Of a stretch of 64,000 nt of DNA, positions 58,701-64,000 are shown piece after piece. A program made the position numbers and the translations under genes. Under the pieces are notes generated by a model that ran no database searches, was not told the origin of the DNA, and was given only the letters and a program-made list of their open reading frames with translations. Numbering within the stretch: the first letter of the stretch is position 1; every line of letters starts with the position of its first letter. Source of the DNA: Diadema antillarum (lineage: Eukaryota); the NCBI RefSeq assembly GCF_040938485.1, contig NW_027270922.1:124001-188000 (forward strand), in the 5' to 3' direction.

Positions 58701-61275
58701 CTTCTCAATTCTTTCTTTAAAGAGATGGATCACTGAATGTTTAAGTCGATATTTATACACAGTAAAATCTAACGAATCTAACGAACAGTTGAGAACCAAT
58801 GATATCGCAGGCAAACTCATTGCCTAAAATTATATAGGGGCCAAACTAAAGTCACGATGTTATCTTCCATGATATTTATAATGTAAGCATGTAAGATAAT
58901 AAAAATTAACAACTACGACCTCGTACTCACTATGGCCAACATAGTTGTATCACAACACCCATGCAATCGCTGATGGAATGGGGAAATTAATCTCTGTTTT
59001 CATTAAAAACAAATTTGGGTTTCGATCAATTGGAGACTTGTAATTCCACGGTATTTTCATTATTTCTGTTATGTCTACGTTCAGTAAAAACATTTAAAAC
59101 CGACCTGATGTTATCATCCAATGCCAAATCTTGACAGAATATCACCTCACAGTGTTCTGCTTACTTACATTTGTTTTATTAATAAAAATGTACATCAAAA
59201 CCGAATAAACAATTAAGTGGCTCTGCGGCTCATGCTCAAGTGTCCTAAGCGTTCTGTAATAAGTATCCTCATTGAAAATAATGTGAATCTGAGTGAAAGT
59301 ACAAACCCTGTCAACTCGACGCAAACAGATTTACTATACGGAATTGCAACGCTGGCACGTTTGTTCCTATATCGTATATACACGTACATGTATTAAATCA
59401 TGAAAACCGCACCATTGAATGAATGGTCTTGCTAACGGTTCCTTTTCAGCGTTCGCACTATACTTGATATGAAAGTCAAGTCGATGTAGGGCAATTTGTC
59501 AATCAGCTGCAAAGTCACGTCAGTTTCGAAATCTTAACGGTGCTTCCATTGCTGTGTTGCTTCACATGCAGGAAATGATTATATTACCGAGCTTTAGATC
59601 TGGGACCCGAACGCTGAGACGAGACGAATGTCTCGCATATGTGCACAACACCAATTTTGGCCTATATTTTTGGGTACCATTTTATCTAAGACGTTCAGTT
59701 TACGTCTTTATATTCATGACGAAACGTAATATTAAAAAAAAAGATCGCATTAACTCATGTAAATCAGTACCAAAAACACGCTTTTCATTGTTGCTTTTCA
59801 GAAGTTCCCACTCACGCAGCTATACAGATAATCATTTCTATTTTTACTTTGGATGCCTGAGAAGGCATGGTTGTCAAACACACATACAAACAAACACACA
59901 CACATACACACACAGACATAACTTTATAATATGCCGTATAGCTACATATATTGTATAATGTAAAAGAAGAATAAAAGGTTTTCTTTTTCCTTTAAAAAAA
60001 ACTCTAGTTTCTTTTTTCCTATACCTTGCCGAACTCTCTCGTAGATCCACCGATAATCTTCAGACCTAAAGCATCAGCGAACTGGACCGGTGAGAGTTGT
60101 ACTGCCTCCCTGTCGTGCTTGTCGGACTCTAACCCACCAGTTCATCACTTCCGCTGGGTCAAGGTTGGGACAGAACGCGTCTTCAATTCAAGTCGGACTC
60201 GTCATTCCATTCGTGCTCCCAGAGGATTGGATAACAACGAGAGAATCGGAATACTTCTCATCGAAGACGTCCAGGCCTCCGACTACGGCTCGTATCAATG
60301 CATAGCCTATGACGAGGACGGGGAGCAAAATTTGACGAGTGCAAAGCTATCTCTTCTTAAACCCAGTAAGCGCAAAATATAAGATACCTATGTTATTATA
60401 GAGGTGGGGGAAGTATTGAAGAATGTATTACTATCATTTTTTTTTTTTACTTGTCTTGATCAAGAAGGGGAAATATCTGTGTTTTCGAAAACATAGTTAA
60501 CAAGTCCTTTGGGGTTGGTTTTATGCATGTTAAAGGGGAAGACGTGACGCATATACAAAAATTGGAAATTACTAAATTTCGTGCTTGACATTATCAATAA
60601 TGGAGATATTGACTGGAATGGACAATGACCAAATGATCGCGATTGTCAAGTAATGTCAGAATAATTGTTACTGCACTTTACGCGAGACAGAATCATTGGT
60701 GTATCAATCTCAGATTTGAGTAAAATCTTTGAATGCTAGTTTTATTACACTCTGCAAGGAGGAAATAACATAATTATTTGTTTACAGCAAATGTAGTAAT
60801 TCTTCCTTCAAAGGCGACACGAATGATTATATTCTGGTGATTTCCCAAGGCCAGTTATACCGACCAAACATCACAGCATATCCCGGCAGAGCATCAGCAT
60901 CCTCTATCCACGTTGCTTGGCAACCAAACCGCAATAGCAGCATGGATGGCACTGGCAGAGTAGAATACTGCCAGTTTAATACGTCAGAGGAGAACTGCAA
61001 CACCACCACCAGTGCATCAGGTGCAAATACCACCTTGACAGGACTCCAGTCATTCACCTGGTATCGACTAACTGTTAACTTTACAAACTGCTCTGGAACT
61101 TTCAGCACTCAACCAATGCTGGCATCGACAGCTCGTAAGGATAACCCCACATTAGTTATTTCCCACGGCGAAATAATAGAATGTGCCTTTAAACGATATA
61201 GGGTATAATATATTATATTATGACCTATGTTTCAGTCTAAGTGTATTTATAATTATTTGTGTTTGTGTGCATTTG

Positions 61276-61310
<35 letters not shown>

Positions 61311-62907
61311 TGTGTGCATGTGTGTGTCATTACGCATTTTAAGCAATTCAGAGAGTCGAATGCAATTAGCTACAAGATTTACTTACTTCGATAATACATG
61401 TAACACTCCTTGATTACTATATTGGATAGCGTATTCTTTTGCAAACAAGCTGGTACAGGTTTCATGGTCTATGGGAATTCAAAAAAGAAAGACATTTTTG
61501 TCCTTTATTATATAGGTTTTCCCGCCCAATTGTATCACATTTACATTAGAATTAATGAAAAGGCGTTCAAATTCAAGCGATATTGGCCGCCGCTCTTCTC
61601 TCACGGTTCATTTCAATTCTTCAATTTTCGCACCAGCTGGATAGACGTTCAATTTCGTCCCAATTACCAATTTCATTTTCATTTTTTAGGAATATAACTT
61701 CGCACTTGGAAATTTCAAATTCGACCAACATGAGAGGTTCCTATGCGTTTCAACGGGTCCTTTCTTTTTTTTCTCTCTCTTTGATACATTGGATTACTGT
61801 CTACAATTACATTTTAATTTCAAAGTTTCATTTAATCAGTTTAGTCTAATATTTATATTGTCTGCATAATCTTGTCTTCCAATCTTTGTCTTCAAATTAC
61901 CCCATTATACCATCGATGTAACATTAAGAGAATGGCTGTATCTCAAAATTTTGTCTACATTCAAATATTCATTTTGATTCCATTCCCACCTTGTCCGTGT
62001 CCATATCATAAGTTGCTACAATCGGCTCAGTTGCAGACCTGTTTCACCCAATTAAGGGTTTCGCTATATAGTGATGTAGTCTTGCTAGTTGTCAAAAGCT
62101 TCGCCCACAAATTCTGTCTGTATTCAAGATATTCATGTATACTCTTCTCTAGTAGCGTCAAAGTCGTGTATTATAATGTACGTGTATGTGTTTCAAAGAG
62201 AAGTTATACGAGCTTTTATAGGCCCTTTATAGCTACTGTAAGGCTAAAGTCCTATTTCAAGGTACATTAAATTTGTGTGTTCAAATAGACGAGTAACTAC
62301 GAAGAATATAACAGACAACGAAAAATACTGCTCGTATGTTGTAAATGTTTGTCTTATCGTGACTTTGAATTCCTAGCCTTCTTCCCGACGATGCTGATTG
62401 GAATTTGAATGCGCTGCTCGTGCATTTTTTGATTTGAACGGCCTTTTAACATGTTTATTTTGTTTTTGGAAAACTCACTAAATCGCATGTTGATGAAATT
62501 GAATTGAAAGAACTAGTTACCGTACTTTTTTAATGTTGATCTCGGTAATCATTCAAATTCACTCAAGCTTGAATGATCCCATAGTTAAATCGAATGAAAA
62601 TGTAATGAAATTAGACTGGAAAATTTATCTAAAAGGATTCTATGGTTGGTAATGGTTCAAAAGTGAAGACTGTGCAATGTTGAGAGGGACACGTGCTGAA
62701 TTATTAACAAAAAGACTAGTGATAAGGCCTATACATTGTACCAAGGAATATTGTGGGACGATGACGTCATCGCCAAGTCTAATTTGTATTTCTGACTGAG
62801 ACAGATATTACTGCTTTATGATTTGAAGCTAATTCCTTTTGTTCTGATTTTTTTTCTCTCTCATCGTCACCATGATCATGATGAAGCCTTGTCACCCTTT
62901 GAATATG
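55686..62907 (+). CDS. Gene D (3'-partial): IgSF receptor; join(55686..55749,57085..57441,58345..58683,60045..60365,60850..61134,62887..62907,>64000)
   Basis: Same exon order, phases and splice sites as A-C. Domain X, TM and tail are not reached within the window. Confidence 0.85.
57085..57441 (+). CDS. Gene D exon: divergent V-type Ig domain
   Basis: CTTCAG acceptor, C|GTATGT donor; ITCTY...LQWF...DEKTYSC. Confidence 0.88.
57561..57717. other. Assembly gap (157 N)
   Basis: N run in gene D intron 2. Confidence 0.95.
58345..58683 (+). CDS. Gene D exon: C2-type Ig domain (3-aa insertion)
   Basis: TGAG acceptor, T|GTGAGT donor, 339 nt (330 plus CGTGCCGAT). Confidence 0.85.
60045..60365 (+). 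CDS. Gene D exon: third Ig domain
   Basis: CTCGTAG acceptor, A|GTAAGC donor, 321 nt. Confidence 0.9.
60850..61134 (+). CDS. Gene D exon: FN3 domain
   Basis: CCCAAG acceptor, C|GTAAGG donor, 285 nt. Confidence 0.88.
61278..61325. repeat. (TG)n microsatellite
   Basis: Direct reading. Confidence 0.9.
62887..62907 (+). CDS. Gene D 21-nt micro-exon (PLSPFEY)
   Basis: AAG|CCTTGTCACCCTTTGAATATG|GTAAGT. Confidence 0.7.
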
Positions 62908-64000
62908 GTAAGTGTTCCTATTACCCATGTTGTTGTCAAGTATCCTTTATAATCCATAGCCACTTCTCCAAGAAAAATAAGTATTTGTATTTTGCGACTT
63001 CAGGTGTGAACATTTCTACATTATGTATTACAATTAGTGAGACCAGAACAATTAGATTATAGAAGACAATACGTTCTTGTATGATTTGTAATATTATCAG
63101 TACGATGCAAATCTAAGCGATATTTATGCTTACCCATATTGACCTAATTTCTAACGAATATTGTGTAAAATCACCTCGTAACAGAGAATGGTACAGCAAT
63201 TCCTGGTTGTGTCCTTCTCCGGTTTAGGCTCGTTTCTGTCAAGATTAAGATAGGGCTTTGGGGGTTAACATAATGTGCTTGCCATATCGTTGCATTTCGT
63301 ACATAGGCTTATCTGATGCAAAATAATTTCATGTAGTCATTCCGACACTGCTCATTCATTTACATGTTGTATCTCTTCTCAGCAGCAGCGAAGTAATGTG
63401 ATTGGATCACAATGACAAATCTCCTCAAAAGTTACTCAGACAGTAGGACAATATGTCAACACAAAAATATGACTCGCCCAGTTTCATCTTCATTTGTCTT
63501 TGGAAAATGTCATCTATTTTTCATTTTGCATACGATTAATTATCTACATTCTCTTGACCATTTGAGGCGAAAGCAAGTTAGATAAAGGGAAATCGGGAGA
63601 GAGTTTCGCCTTTGTTGTTGCCTGAATTATAATATAGTTCTGGCAACAACAGAGGCGAAACTGTACGAATATTACTCGTACATACACCGCCTGACATGAG
63701 TAATGTATTCGATTGGATACTGCATTGAGAAGGCTGATAAAGCATTGTACTGAGTATTCAAATGACGTAATTTATGTACACACTGGCTGAAAAGGCACAA
63801 GAATCATGCAAACAGATTTGCGGGGACACACACACACACACACACTCATACACACTTCCTTACGCTAAGACATAAACATAAATGCAAATCAGTGAATTTC
63901 AATCTTTAGTGGAAGAAAGACGTACAGATCCCGTGACCGTTGCACTCAAACAATTGAGGACTTTAATGAGTTCTGGGTTGCCGTTGTGATACAAGGCAAG

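Overview
AT-rich eukaryotic (animal) genomic DNA with three short N gaps. The repeat content suggests a marine invertebrate, possibly an echinoderm, but this is inference only. The window is almost entirely a head-to-tail tandem array of four paralogous multi-exon genes on the + strand (A, B, C, D; period about 17-20 kb). I reconstructed them from GT-AG sites, exon phases and cross-copy conservation. They encode type I membrane immunoglobulin-superfamily receptors: signal peptide - V-type Ig - C2-type Ig - third Ig (I/C2) - FN3 - 21-nt micro-exon - an unrecognised 87-aa 4-Cys domain - TM - tyrosine-motif tail. A lacks its signal exon (upstream of the window), and D runs off the 3' end. A and B carry an inhibitory-type tail built from two duplicated ITIM+ITSM exon modules. 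C carries a different TM exon and an unrelated tail with an ITAM-like YxxL-x9-YxxL and a YDVP motif. In this sequence C has a 1-bp frameshift in its signal exon and a 323-bp MITE in its C2 exon. The V domain is the most divergent part, and the copies are mosaics of near-identical and diverged tracts. The best overall reading is a paired (inhibitory/activating-like), diversifying IgSF immune or allorecognition-type receptor cluster. Introns and intergenic DNA hold many copy-specific MITEs, whose empty sites can be read in the paralogs, and one truncated RTE-type LINE. No expression or database evidence was available.
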